Shown piece by piece: positions 15,170 through 28,082 of a DNA stretch of 45,422 nt. Origin of the DNA: a virus. Taxonomy: Duplodnaviria > Caudoviricetes. Positions within the stretch are counted from its first letter, which is position 1. Every line of letters begins with the position of its first letter. The DNA is taken from the IMG/VR virus record IMGVR_UViG_3300043473_000022, positions 1 to 45,422 of that record; one strand, 5' to 3'. A program made the translations under genes and the position numbers. The notes under the pieces are model-generated. The model worked only from the letters and a program-made list of their open reading frames with translations. It was not told the DNA's origin and made no database searches.

Positions 15170-17068
15170 GTGGTTCGTGCGTTTAAGAAAAGTAAGAAAG
15201 CTCGTCCTGCCTCGAAGTTGGATTCGTCCACCTTGCGAGGCTTCGGTGGCGGCTGGAATAGCATTGACGAAGATTTGTCAATGAAGCCGTCATATCAAGT
15301 TAGCTTGGTTAATTTTCATCGAACAACGTCAGGCGCACAGGCTGTCCGGTTTGGGCAGCATTTTGTGTGTGACATACGAGATGTTCACAACGCCAATATC
15401 CTTGATGGAACGTACTACAACACATGGAATGTTATCTTCTGTGAAGATGGTTATGTGCTGAAGGTTAACGAAGATGGATCAGTCAAGCAAGTCATTTGGG
15501 CTGGGTTTCCTGCTAACACAGTTCCAGAAGGACCATTGTTTAAGCAGGTTAGCTTCGTTGCGTTTAAGGATACCTTAATTATTCATACGGGTAAAACTAA
15601 GCCACTTGAAGTCAAGCCGGATATGACGGTTAACTATCTTGGTGATCCTGTCGGTGGCAACGTTAATACCCCGATTGGTAAGTTTGGCTGTGTGGCATCT
15701 AACTACCATTGCGTTGCGAACATTGTTGAGACTGCTTTGGTTCCGCCGACTACTGGCGTGATCACGATCACCAAGCGTAAGCCTACTGAGATTTATATTA
15801 GCTCTAAGGGCACTTCGGGTGTGTTTCCCGGTGATACCGAACCGAACGATGCTATCTCGATCGACGTAGGTGCGTATGCTCCAGAAGGCGCAGCCAGCAT
15901 ACGAGGCATTGCTGGCTTTCGCACATATCTCCTTGTGTTTCTTCAGAACCTTACACTGCAAGTTAAGCTCGGTGAGTATGACGATGCCGATAACCACACG
16001 CCGAAATTCCCAGACACGCTCCCTCAATTTGGTATTCTGGGCAATCGTACTATTGTTACTGTTGAGAATGACATTATGTTTTGTGGTCTTAGTGGTCTGG
16101 CAAGTGCCAAGCGAAATCTATACTCGCCGGACTCAATCACTTCGGACTTTCTTTCGACGGCTATATCGCCCACGTATCGAAAAATCGTTGGTGCGCTTAC
16201 CGACGATCAACAATTGAATCGTTCATTTGCTGCGTTTGATCGATTGAATAATGATTTCTTGTTGTTCATGCCTGAAGGCAGAGTGTTATGTTATACGTTT
16301 AATACACGTTTGAAGATGAATGCATGGTCCCAGTTCGAAGATATGGATTGGGCAGCAGCATGGACGACAATCCTTGGCCGATTGTATCTGACCAAGGGAA
16401 CAAAGATATTCCATGGTGGCAACAATACGTTTGATGGCGAGAATCATTACGCTGATCGTATCAATGACCGTGATTCTGTGTTTGTCACTGGAGCGCAGGC
16501 ATACGATCCGGGCGAATTGGTTCTGGATACTCTTACGAACGAGGTATGGCAATGGATGGGAACGGGGATAAATTCGAAACCGGCTGGCATCACGTTCGAA
16601 CAGGAACGGGAGAACCACCCATTGGAGTGGGTATTGTACGAAGGACGCGCGATCACATTGGAAATGGAGCTACCTTGGATCGATGGCAAAGATCCTATGA
16701 AATTAAAACAACTCCGGTACGTAAGCATAGCGACAAAAGGCGACGGTGAGTTCATCTTCGATTGTTATGTAGATAATCTCTATAAAGATGTTGAAGGCAA
16801 CGTTATTCATGCTCCCGCAGCATCGATGGAATTTGTCGGTAACGACGCCTATGGTTACGGCTTCGATGATGCTAACATCGATCCAAAAACGAGTGGACCT
16901 TCTGGCTATGGTATGGGCCGACGGAGCCGCGATCCGCGACTCTTTGGTGTGCCTGTAAAGTTTAAGTCGATCAAGTTTAAGCTCTGGGGTTCTACGACTA
17001 AGAAGCTTGAGATTGTCAATCTGTCATTCTTGTACGCTCGCAACAAGACAACTGGCTTTGTCCGATAA
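15170..17068 (+). CDS. Putative tail nozzle/stabilisation protein (tubular B-like)
   Basis: 632 aa beta-rich, FGGGWN N-terminus, synteny. Confidence 0.65.
   Translation: MVRAFKKSKKARPASKLDSSTLRGFGGGWNSIDEDLSMKPSYQVSLVNFHRTTSGAQAVRFGQHFVCDIRDVHNANILDGTYYNTWNVIFCEDGYVLKVNEDGSVKQVIWAGFPANTVPEGPLFKQVSFVAFKDTLIIHTGKTKPLEVKPDMTVNYLGDPVGGNVNTPIGKFGCVASNYHCVANIVETALVPPTTGVITITKRKPTEIYISSKGTSGVFPGDTEPNDAISIDVGAYAPEGAASIRGIAGFRTYLLVFLQNLTLQVKLGEYDDADNHTPKFPDTLPQFGILGNRTIVTVENDIMFCGLSGLASAKRNLYSPDSITSDFLSTAISPTYRKIVGALTDDQQLNRSFAAFDRLNNDFLLFMPEGRVLCYTFNTRLKMNAWSQFEDMDWAAAWTTILGRLYLTKGTKIFHGGNNTFDGENHYADRINDRDSVFVTGAQAYDPGELVLDTLTNEVWQWMGTGINSKPAGITFEQERENHPLEWVLYEGRAITLEMELPWIDGKDPMKLKQLRYVSIATKGDGEFIFDCYVDNLYKDVEGNVIHAPAASMEFVGNDAYGYGFDDANIDPKTSGPSGYGMGRRSRDPRLFGVPVKFKSIKFKLWGSTTKKLEIVNLSFLYARNKTTGFVR
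15364..15378. repeat. Palindrome variant inside CDS
   Basis: TGTGTGTGACATACG. Confidence 0.65.
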
Positions 17069-17071
17069 CTC

Positions 17072-17086
17072 TGTGTGAGACACACA
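17072..17086. repeat. TGTGTG-N3-CACACA palindrome
   Basis: TGTGTGAGACACACA. Confidence 0.95.
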
Positions 17087-17088
17087 AC

Positions 17089-18396
17089 ATGACTACAAAG
17101 TACACAAAGAATTTCGGATTAGCTCTACCGGACTTTCGGCAAGGGCCATGGCATAACCTTATCAATGACGATTTTACGACTTTAGATACGTTGTTGTTCA
17201 CTGCACTTTCAGCAGCAAACGTTGCAGTTTGGGTACACGCACATGATTATCATATAGGTGATAATGCTCTGGACGATACCGATGCAACAATCTGGCTTTG
17301 TGTTATCGCACATAAGAGTGCAGCTAGTGGCACGTTTGCAGAAGATCGCGCAGCACACCCAACATATTGGACAAGATTGTTAACTGGATTTGCTCCGAGA
17401 GGTGAGTGGGTACAGAGTACAAATTACTTCCCATATGATCTTGCCTATGATTCTGCTCGTGGCATTATGGCATTATGTCAGGTCAGACATACAAGTACGT
17501 CTACAGGCTCGATTATAGACGATAAGGTTAATTGGGTATTTCTACTTGATATGTCTGACGTTGGCACTGTAACTGCTATGTCAGTTTCGTATTCAAATAG
17601 TGCATCTCACATCCCAAAGACAAATGTCCAAGACGCAGTTGACTATGTTGAGACGCAGATAAAAGGTCTTGATAACGTAAACATTGCACAAGGGAATCAG
17701 ATCACAGCAATACAGAATGTGAATACTGCCCAAGATAATCGATTAACTGCTGTAGAGGGAAAAGACACAAGCGTCGCAGGACATTTTACTGCGACTGATA
17801 ATGTATCTACCCAATTCGGTGGCAGTGCTGCACTTGGCTATTATATGGATGCAAGTAATGCAGCTATAAGACCTCCGGGGAATGGTACAGTATATTTCCA
17901 GTCTCAGGGCGGTGCAATTACATACGGCACAATCGGTAACGGTTCTGCTAGTTTTCATGGGGCGTTAAATGCAGCCGGTGGTATTAATGCAGCGACTGTC
18001 AACGCTACAAGTGGTGCTCTTTATGTTAGTGGCTGGAGCGGAAATCCAAACATTAGTGTTATCTTCCTGAATGCTGCCCAAAATCACTATATGTATCACG
18101 ATGCCAATGGCAATGTTACATTCTCCGGTGTGCCAGCCGTTCATGCTGCTAATGGCCGTCTATGGGGAAGTAATGATTCGCTACCTATACCGACTAATTT
18201 CGTTACCAATGGAAGATTGGCTTTTGCCGGTGACAATGCTGGTCCTGCCAACTCCATGCATGAGCCGTATGGCGGTGCTGTCGTTACTGGTATGCAATTC
18301 AATGTGTTTCCTGATTCCCGCGTAGGGTTCGTCTATGGCAGATATCGCTACTTACAACTCCTTACAACCAGTTGGTTCACAGTAGGATATGTTTGA
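17089..18396 (+). CDS. Tail fibre protein 1
   Basis: Anchor N-terminus shared with 18809; coiled coil; C-terminal GAVVTG...YRYLQ fibre-tip motif. Confidence 0.8.
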   Translation: MTTKYTKNFGLALPDFRQGPWHNLINDDFTTLDTLLFTALSAANVAVWVHAHDYHIGDNALDDTDATIWLCVIAHKSAASGTFAEDRAAHPTYWTRLLTGFAPRGEWVQSTNYFPYDLAYDSARGIMALCQVRHTSTSTGSIIDDKVNWVFLLDMSDVGTVTAMSVSYSNSASHIPKTNVQDAVDYVETQIKGLDNVNIAQGNQITAIQNVNTAQDNRLTAVEGKDTSVAGHFTATDNVSTQFGGSAALGYYMDASNAAIRPPGNGTVYFQSQGGAITYGTIGNGSASFHGALNAAGGINAATVNATSGALYVSGWSGNPNISVIFLNAAQNHYMYHDANGNVTFSGVPAVHAANGRLWGSNDSLPIPTNFVTNGRLAFAGDNAGPANSMHEPYGGAVVTGMQFNVFPDSRVGFVYGRYRYLQLLTTSWFTVGYV

Positions 18397-18808
18397 TGAT
18401 CGATCATGGTGTGTGGATTGTTTACAGGCCAAGCGTTTTGCCAAGAGAGGCACCGCTGGGTGCTATGTTTGCTAAACGTAAAAGCGATGACTTTGATTGG
18501 TATGAGTATATTAGGGGTGATAGATTTAAACGTGACAGTCTTAAACTGACAATTGCAGCGCGTGTGGAAGATGGTCCTTTAGTAATTTCTGCACCGACCA
18601 AAGATGTGACTGCCTTGTTCCCTGCCGGTCATCGTGTAGTCGAACTTGAAGGTGACTATCCTTTTACTCAAGATGAGCTAATAAAGAAGTATGCTAACAA
18701 AGAGTTTGACCTTGAGACAGGCAAAATCAGCGAACCGCCTGCACCAGCTAAGACTGAGAATGTTCTTGATGTAATCCTAGCTCGTTTGGATAAGTTGGAA
18801 CGTCGCAA

Positions 18809-18812
<4 letters not shown>
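18396..18812 (+). CDS. Tail fibre assembly chaperone
   Basis: Start MIDHG coupled (TGATG); DWYE motif; follows fibre. Confidence 0.6.
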
Positions 18813-21375
<2,563 letters not shown>

Positions 21376-21376
<1 letters not shown>

Positions 21377-22086
21377 TGGCATTTGACTTCCCCAACGCAC
21401 CCACGATAGGCCAAGTGTATAACAACTATACTTGGGACGGCGAGAAGTGGGCTATAACATCCATTGGCGGCGCAGCACACTATGCGTCGGACACACCACC
21501 GGCTGGCGCTCTTGACAATTCGATCTGGCTGGAAACCGATACAGGGATTACCTATTTTAGATACAATGACGGATCGTCTACGCAATGGATTTCAGTTCTA
21601 GGAAATACAGCCCCGCTCGACAGTCCTATCTTTACTGGCAATCCACAGGCTCCGACGCCATCACCGGGCGATAACGACAACTCAATTGCGACAACGGGGT
21701 TCGTTACTACCGCGTTGAATGCTGTGCCGGTTGACGGCAGTGCATGGGCCTCCACATCGGCATTCCCGACCTTCTCCGGAGGCGGCTCCGGTACCGGCAC
21801 GGTTCGCTACAAAAGAATTGGCAAGACCATGTATGTCTCGTTTCAGATTAGTTGCACCGTGACCGGCGGCTTCATGGGTTTCACGCTGCCGTTTCCGTGC
21901 GCCAACACTCCCGGATGTGCCAACGGGTTTTTCAATGCCCGTGAAGTTATACGGACGGGTCTTGGCTGGTGCGGCTCGATTGCTGCTGGGAGTTCGGCAG
22001 TCGCGCTGAACGTAACGGCAAACAACACGGCTGGCATGAATGCAGGCGACATGCTGCATGGTGCGGGTTTTTACGAGGCCTCATAA
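21376..22086 (+). CDS. Fibre/receptor-binding protein 3
   Basis: MAFDFPNAPT...WDGEKW N-terminus; SPIFTGNPQAPTP...DNSIATTGFV fibre repeat. Confidence 0.7.
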
Positions 22087-22094
22087 CTTAAACC

Positions 22095-22109
22095 TGTGTG
22101 AGACACACA
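22095..22109. repeat. TGTGTG-N3-CACACA palindrome
   Basis: TGTGTGAGACACACA. Confidence 0.95.
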
Positions 22110-22110
22110 A

Positions 22111-23358
22111 ATGGCAATAGATTTTCCAAACGCACCAACCCTTAACCAAGCGTTCTTGGGATATAAGTGGGACGGTGAGAAATGGGCTTCACAAAGCACC
22201 ATTGCTTCTGTTGGTACTGTGCGTTATGACACAGTTCAGGGCCTGACCGAAGCCCAACAAATACAGGGCCGCACGAACATCTACGCTGCGCCGCTCGACG
22301 CGATGGCGTATTCGGGGATGCAGGTCAACGGCGATGTCTGCGTCAGTCAGGAGTTCGGCACCCAGTCGATCTACGGCGGCCCCGGCGGTACTACAGTCGC
22401 AAAGTACCTCGCAGATGGCTGGCGGGTAGATAGCGTTGGTGCGCAGTCCATTTCGTGGGCGGCGGACCCAACACTGACGGCAGGGCCGGGAAGCCTGAAT
22501 GTTCCGGGCTACATCAATGCTGTCTCGATGTGGCTGAATGTTTATAATCCTTCTCCCGGCGCTAATGACTACCTTTTCATCACTCATTTCATTGAAGGCT
22601 ATCGGTCTGCACGCTTGGGATGGGGCAAGACGAATGCGCAGCCAATCTCGATAGGCTTTTGGGTTGCAGCCCTTATACCGGGGAGTTATTCAGGATCAGT
22701 ACGCCACTCCAACAATAACCGCTCATATACATTCAACTTCACGATCATCGTGGCGCGTGCTTGGGAATGGAAAACCATCACGATCCCCGGTGATACGGCA
22801 GGAGGCCCGGACACCGGGGCAGGCGTCGGTCTCGCCATAAACTTTACGATGATGACGGGTAGTACTTTCAAGACGGCAGCGGGGGTCTGGACGAACGGCA
22901 ATTTCCTCGGCTCCACCACCACCATCAATGGCGTCACCGGCGAGAATCGAATGAGCATTACCGGCCTGATTGTATTGCCCGGTGTCGAACTGCCGACCTA
23001 CGCGAAAGCGCCGCTGGTGATGCGGCCCTACGATCAGGAATTGATACTATGCAAGCGGTACTATCAGAAGATTCTAAACCCACCGGGGACAGCTATCTCG
23101 AATGGCAGTGCCGGGGTTTATGACTGGGGTTTTCCCTTCCCTGTCGAGATGCGAACATCCCCTTCAGCGTCGATCCTCGGGGCTGTAGGTTTCACCACTG
23201 ACGTACAGGCTTTTAACGTGGTCGGCGTGATTTCCAATAAAAGCAATTCAACGGCTTGGGTCGTTGATGCCAGCACAGATCAGGCTGTATCTACAGGAAA
23301 GACAGCGGCTGCTGTAAGCAATCCGGCCAGCGGCGTAATCGTGAATGCGAGGTTCTAA
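22111..23358 (+). CDS. Fibre/receptor-binding protein 4
   Basis: Same N-terminus as 21376; C-terminal domain paralogous to 18809. Confidence 0.7.
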   Translation: MAIDFPNAPTLNQAFLGYKWDGEKWASQSTIASVGTVRYDTVQGLTEAQQIQGRTNIYAAPLDAMAYSGMQVNGDVCVSQEFGTQSIYGGPGGTTVAKYLADGWRVDSVGAQSISWAADPTLTAGPGSLNVPGYINAVSMWLNVYNPSPGANDYLFITHFIEGYRSARLGWGKTNAQPISIGFWVAALIPGSYSGSVRHSNNNRSYTFNFTIIVARAWEWKTITIPGDTAGGPDTGAGVGLAINFTMMTGSTFKTAAGVWTNGNFLGSTTTINGVTGENRMSITGLIVLPGVELPTYAKAPLVMRPYDQELILCKRYYQKILNPPGTAISNGSAGVYDWGFPFPVEMRTSPSASILGAVGFTTDVQAFNVVGVISNKSNSTAWVVDASTDQAVSTGKTAAAVSNPASGVIVNARF

Positions 23359-23750
23359 TGTCTGAATATCAACTCACTTCAAACGACAGCATTATCCGCA
23401 CCGAAGACGGTGCATGTATTCCGGCTGATCCCGCCAATCGCGATTACGCGGAGTACCTCAAGTGGCTCGAAGATGGCGGCGTGCCTGATCCGTATGTCCC
23501 ACCTGAGAAAGTTCCACCTGAACCAACAATCGAGGATCGAATCCTCTACGATCATGAAAACAGACTACGCACCGTGGAAGGCGTTCCGCTGTTGGAATTT
23601 GACATCTTTATGGAACACAAAAATGGAACAAAGCCGAAACCTGAACCTAAGGCTGTACCAACCAAAGGACATCCCGCGAACACTAAACCTGCTAATGCTC
23701 GCACTACCCCAGCTACCAAACTACGCAATGATAAAACCCGACCGAGATAG
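23358..23750 (+). CDS. Fibre-associated chaperone-like protein
   Basis: IPADPANRDYAEYLKWL motif commonly found after fibre genes. Confidence 0.65.
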   Translation: MSEYQLTSNDSIIRTEDGACIPADPANRDYAEYLKWLEDGGVPDPYVPPEKVPPEPTIEDRILYDHENRLRTVEGVPLLEFDIFMEHKNGTKPKPEPKAVPTKGHPANTKPANARTTPATKLRNDKTRPR

Positions 23751-24129
23751 GATCGAATATGTCCTTACGCATAATATCGACAACGCTGAATCCTTCGCGG
23801 GCTGGGTCTTGTGTGACTCACACGACATGGTTCAAGGATTCGGTGGAGCTTGGTGCGTACGTAGTCTCATGTCACTTGACTTCGTGGCTGACGATATATT
23901 CATGTGGGTTGAGCCTGAATATCGCTCTTATGAAAATGTGCGAAAACTCATTCATGCCTACCGTGACTGGGCGCTTCAGAAAGGGGCGAAGCTCATTCGT
24001 GCCTCGCATAGTGGAGGCTCGTTCCCCAAAGGTTCTAGAGAGTACGCACTTTACGACATCTTGCTAACTAGACTTGGATTTAATGAAGTAGGCTCAATCT
24101 ATCATCTTTCAACATACGGAGACAAATGA
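23623..24129 (+). CDS. GNAT-fold acetyltransferase
   Basis: LRLYQPKDIP N-terminus, MWVEPEYRS motif A, RLGF C-terminus; start 23623 (alternative 23728). Confidence 0.7.
   Translation: MEQSRNLNLRLYQPKDIPRTLNLLMLALPQLPNYAMIKPDRDRIEYVLTHNIDNAESFAGWVLCDSHDMVQGFGGAWCVRSLMSLDFVADDIFMWVEPEYRSYENVRKLIHAYRDWALQKGAKLIRASHSGGSFPKGSREYALYDILLTRLGFNEVGSIYHLSTYGDK
23810..23824. repeat. Palindrome inside CDS
   Basis: TGTGTGACTCACACG. Confidence 0.85.
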
Positions 24130-25037
24130 TGTCTGGTTCAAGCCCCCCTCCCGACAACTCGTTGGCAGTCGAACAGTCTCGTCAAGCTGCGGCAAAGGAA
24201 GAACGTGAGCGCGTAGCTGCGGAAGCGGCTACGAAGAAAGCCGATCTAAGCGCACTTCGTGGTACGGTACGCTCAGGTGCTGGTGGCGACGTGAGAAACT
24301 ACTTCAGTTCTATGGGTATCGATCCTGATAAGTATGCCGGTTCTATTGATTCTCAATTGAATGGTATCCTTTCAGGCATCTCGCCCGAGGATGAAAACCC
24401 CGGTGCAGCTTTCTCAGGGGCAGGACAGACGATCTATGATACGCTCCAGACCGGCGAGCGCACGAAATACGGGAACCAACTCAACGAGATATTCGCACCT
24501 GAATGGGAGATGCGGAGAGTCGGCATGACCACGGACGATCCCTACCTCGCCGGGATTGAAGGGGAGCAATATGCCGATGCCGATAAGATCATCAAGAACA
24601 TGCTTGATCGTGGTGTGCTTACCTCTGGAGGATACTCGTCGGCCCAGAAGGATCTTGAAGGTCAACGTGCCGGGGTTCGATCTCGCCTCAATGAGATCGG
24701 CACAGGATTACTTACCAAAGAACAGCAAGACCTTCGTGACATTAGCAACAGAGCTAGGCAGTCAGCATCTGGTTTGCAGTTGGGAGCTTCATTCGATCCG
24801 TATTCCTATCAGGGAGAGGCGGACACGGACTTCAACGACTTCATATCGACGCTGGGCGATTCGATTAGGGCTCAAGTCCCCGGACAACTCTTTAACACTG
24901 CTGGACTTGCAGCAATCGGCGGAGCTGGCCAAGGACTGGGCAATACGGCATTCAATCCGGGTGCGGCTGGCGGGAATACCGAGGACACGGATACTGAGGA
25001 TGACGATAACACCAAGAATGCAAACTCTATTTTCTAG
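24126..25037 (+). CDS. Putative internal virion/ejection protein
   Basis: Ala/Gly/Gln-rich helical; position after GNAT. Confidence 0.6.
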   Translation: MMSGSSPPPDNSLAVEQSRQAAAKEERERVAAEAATKKADLSALRGTVRSGAGGDVRNYFSSMGIDPDKYAGSIDSQLNGILSGISPEDENPGAAFSGAGQTIYDTLQTGERTKYGNQLNEIFAPEWEMRRVGMTTDDPYLAGIEGEQYADADKIIKNMLDRGVLTSGGYSSAQKDLEGQRAGVRSRLNEIGTGLLTKEQQDLRDISNRARQSASGLQLGASFDPYSYQGEADTDFNDFISTLGDSIRAQVPGQLFNTAGLAAIGGAGQGLGNTAFNPGAAGGNTEDTDTEDDDNTKNANSIF

Positions 25038-25041
25038 TGTC

Positions 25042-25056
25042 TGTGTGAGACACACA
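25042..25056. repeat. TGTGTG-N3-CACACA palindrome
   Basis: TGTGTGAGACACACA. Confidence 0.95.
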
Positions 25057-25073
25057 GAAAACCGGAGGCTCGA

Positions 25074-26060
25074 ATGGAAATGATGGGAGCAATCACTGGG
25101 CTGATCGGAGCGGGGCTGCAAGCGCAAGCCCAGCACGATCAGCTTATGTTCCAATACGCCAAGTTTAATTGGGAAAAGCAGCGCGCTGACAAACAAGACC
25201 GCTTCGCGAGTGCATCGCGGAGCGATCAATATGGTAACAAAACCGCCTATGATGAGCTTCTAAACGAGTGGAACGTGAACCTCACGCCTACTCAAAAGAA
25301 GCTCATGCAGGGTGGCGAGAAGGAACAACTGCTCGGGCTTCAAGACGCAGGTGAAGCTCGAAAGGTAAAAAGAGCGGTTCAGGCGCGAGCGCACGATGCC
25401 ATTGACCCGTTTAAGAAGGCAGCCGCAGGCTATCAGTACGATCAGCCTCGAAGCGAAGGGGCTATTCGGAGCGAACTTACCGGCCTTATGGCCCAGAACG
25501 AGCAGATGAAAACCAAGGCAGAACAGGCTCTTGTTATGCGTCAAGCGGCCAGACTTGGCCGTGGTGCTGATGCCACAAAGATCATCCAATCGGCTGACCA
25601 AAAGCTTGGTAATGCTGCAAATACACAGAACCGTATGCTTAACGCTCGTAATGAGGCAGTTAAGGAGTTCGCTGGAAGGCAGCAACTTCATGAAGCTCAA
25701 TGGGGAACGCCTATGAAAGCATGGGGCGAACTCATGGCTCAGGGAGGTGATATTCCTAATATCCCAAGGAGTGCTCTTGCTGACTCGACCGGGGCTCAAC
25801 AACAGGCCATGTTAAGCGCTTTTAATGCCGGAACCCGTGGCGTTAGTGGAGCTTTTGACAGTTTAGCCACTGCCGCAGGTAAGTCGCCTGACCTCAGCGG
25901 CATAGCGAAGTCACTCGCTTCGATTGGTAAAGGTACAAAGAACTCCAAAGGTCAAGAAGATGAAACCACATATGGTGGTACAACCGCATATGGCAAGTCT
26001 ACTTGGGGCTTTGATGAAAATGATCGAGTCAATACAAGCACCGATTACGATTTCAGTTAG
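25074..26060 (+). CDS. Putative internal virion/ejection protein
   Basis: GAITGLIGAGL N-terminus, Ala/Gln-rich. Confidence 0.6.
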   Translation: MEMMGAITGLIGAGLQAQAQHDQLMFQYAKFNWEKQRADKQDRFASASRSDQYGNKTAYDELLNEWNVNLTPTQKKLMQGGEKEQLLGLQDAGEARKVKRAVQARAHDAIDPFKKAAAGYQYDQPRSEGAIRSELTGLMAQNEQMKTKAEQALVMRQAARLGRGADATKIIQSADQKLGNAANTQNRMLNARNEAVKEFAGRQQLHEAQWGTPMKAWGELMAQGGDIPNIPRSALADSTGAQQQAMLSAFNAGTRGVSGAFDSLATAAGKSPDLSGIAKSLASIGKGTKNSKGQEDETTYGGTTAYGKSTWGFDENDRVNTSTDYDFS

Positions 26061-26075
26061 TGTGTGAGACACACA
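26061..26075. repeat. TGTGTG-N3-CACACA palindrome
   Basis: TGTGTGAGACACACA. Confidence 0.95.
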
Positions 26076-26085
26076 GGAGATAGTT

Positions 26086-27534
26086 ATGTCAGGACCACAG
26101 GACATTCAAAATATTTCTAAGATGTTCGGTATGCCCGGTGGTGCTGCTGGGCCTAAGCCCACTATGCCGATTGGACAGAGCGCAAAACGCTATGGCGACA
26201 CACGAATACCTATGTCGAATGAGCGTCCTCAAAGAAATCCCGGACAGGTACAGGATCAGGCTGCACGAAAACTTGGTGTGCCCAGCTATCAAGTACAGCC
26301 AACAAACAAACCTCAAGTGCAAGCACCAGTGCAAGCACCTCAGAAAACTCAAGCATCACAGATGCCTCCACAGCCAAAGGTACAGGCTCCCCCGCCTCCA
26401 TCGTTGCCGACACCAATGCCAAGGTCGCGGCCGAGTGATGCTCCATTGCCTCCTGAAATCAACCCGAGCGCAACGTCGGGCATTCCTATGCCTCAAGGAC
26501 GCCCGTCAGGGGCACCCGGACGACCTGACCCCGGCGTGATGTCTAAAGTAGCACAGGTATTAGGTGACTTCCTAACCGCTCAACCGCCTCCCGGAAGCCC
26601 GAAAACGTTTCCGTACAATGGTGGAGACAGTGCGCCGACGCCGCCAAAAGATCCAAAAGCACCAATCAGAACATTTGGAGATGCTGCTTATGACATGGTA
26701 GCTGGTTTGATTGGCGGTGGAGGCAGTGCGCCAACGCCACCTAAAGATCAAGGCAAACCGAGCTTGTCTTCGGCTGTGGCTGCACCAGCACCGCCCAAAG
26801 ATCCGTTTGCAAGTGGAGCAGCACCTGTTCAGGCTGGACCTGAGCAGCTCATTCCTGCGCTTGTGGCTCAGGCTAAGGCTAAAGCCGAACAATCAAAGCC
26901 CCCAGTACAAGCTCCAGCAGCTACACAACCATCTCCGAACGTAACCCCACCTGTGCCTCCGGGAGTGCCCATTCCACCGCCTCCATCACAAAGGCCACAG
27001 GAGTACACGCCATCGCAGCCCAGCTTCAAAGGGTATGAAGTTCGTCCGCCGCCGCCTAAGAAGGGTGAAGAGAAAGACAGAACGAAACCCTTGAAAAAGG
27101 ATAATAGTCTGTATTACTACTCACGTATTGGCGTGCAGCAGGATGACAATCGAGCAGTTGCCGAAAGGATCAGGGAGCTTCGAGAAAAAGCCGGCAACCC
27201 AAAGACTGCCAAGAATATCACACCAGAGGAAGATCGCATTCTTACTCAATACAGTGACTTCGCAAAGAGAGGTGGACAGAGCGGAATGCTGAAGTCTATG
27301 GAACCAGCAGATGTTGCAAAACGAATGGAAGAGTATCGAAGTGGCAATCTTACCACTCAAATGCCTGATCGATATTCAGAACGTCCGCCGGGAGTAGATG
27401 GTGGTGGTCCTGCACAGTTGAAACTACCGGCAAATAAGAAGAAAGATAAGGCCGAGGACGAGGTGGCTAAGGTCATTGATAATCCACCCAAACGGAACGC
27501 AACCGATCCTGATATTGCTGTAGAGGACGATTAA
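26086..27534 (+). CDS. Pro-rich low-complexity protein
   Basis: AGGAG SD; repeated SAPTPPKD. Confidence 0.75.
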   Translation: MSGPQDIQNISKMFGMPGGAAGPKPTMPIGQSAKRYGDTRIPMSNERPQRNPGQVQDQAARKLGVPSYQVQPTNKPQVQAPVQAPQKTQASQMPPQPKVQAPPPPSLPTPMPRSRPSDAPLPPEINPSATSGIPMPQGRPSGAPGRPDPGVMSKVAQVLGDFLTAQPPPGSPKTFPYNGGDSAPTPPKDPKAPIRTFGDAAYDMVAGLIGGGGSAPTPPKDQGKPSLSSAVAAPAPPKDPFASGAAPVQAGPEQLIPALVAQAKAKAEQSKPPVQAPAATQPSPNVTPPVPPGVPIPPPPSQRPQEYTPSQPSFKGYEVRPPPPKKGEEKDRTKPLKKDNSLYYYSRIGVQQDDNRAVAERIRELREKAGNPKTAKNITPEEDRILTQYSDFAKRGGQSGMLKSMEPADVAKRMEEYRSGNLTTQMPDRYSERPPGVDGGGPAQLKLPANKKKDKAEDEVAKVIDNPPKRNATDPDIAVEDD

Positions 27535-27535
27535 G

Positions 27536-28054
27536 ATGCCAGCAGGATATGAACCAGACATGGAAATTGAGGACTATGATGGTAACATAGATCCTACTCC
27601 CCATGGCGAGGATTATAATGGCCGATACGCACCTCCTCTTCCACCGGGACCGGGATACGATCCTACTGATCCTATGGGACCACCTCCACAACGCATTCCC
27701 GGTGAAGCACCTTCATTCGGACCGCCGGGGTTCGCTGATGGACCGCCCATATCAGGGCCGCAATACGAAGGCAATCGTAGCACGATTGAAGACTTTCTAC
27801 GAGAAATGTTAGAAAGGGGAAGCCCTGTGCGACCTCCAATGGATGATTCGCAGATCCCATTGGATCGGCCTGATCGAAACGCAAGAGGTAACGTAGTTAC
27901 GCCCGTCATCGATCCGTCTGCTAATACATTAGATAATGAAATGGAAATACCATCCGACGTTATGACTGAACGAGGCATGAATAGGATTGATTCTGCCGAG
28001 CAATTGGTCCAGCAGATGATCCATAAAAACCTAAATAATCGGAAGTTCCGATAA
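27536..28054 (+). CDS. Pro/Asp-rich hypothetical protein
   Basis: GAGG SD, tight packing. Confidence 0.7.
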   Translation: MPAGYEPDMEIEDYDGNIDPTPHGEDYNGRYAPPLPPGPGYDPTDPMGPPPQRIPGEAPSFGPPGFADGPPISGPQYEGNRSTIEDFLREMLERGSPVRPPMDDSQIPLDRPDRNARGNVVTPVIDPSANTLDNEMEIPSDVMTERGMNRIDSAEQLVQQMIHKNLNNRKFR

Positions 28055-28055
28055 C

Positions 28056-28070
28056 TGTGTGAGACACACA
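28056..28070. repeat. TGTGTG-N3-CACACA palindrome
   Basis: TGTGTGAGACACACA. Confidence 0.95.
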
Positions 28071-28082
28071 AAGGAGACTATA

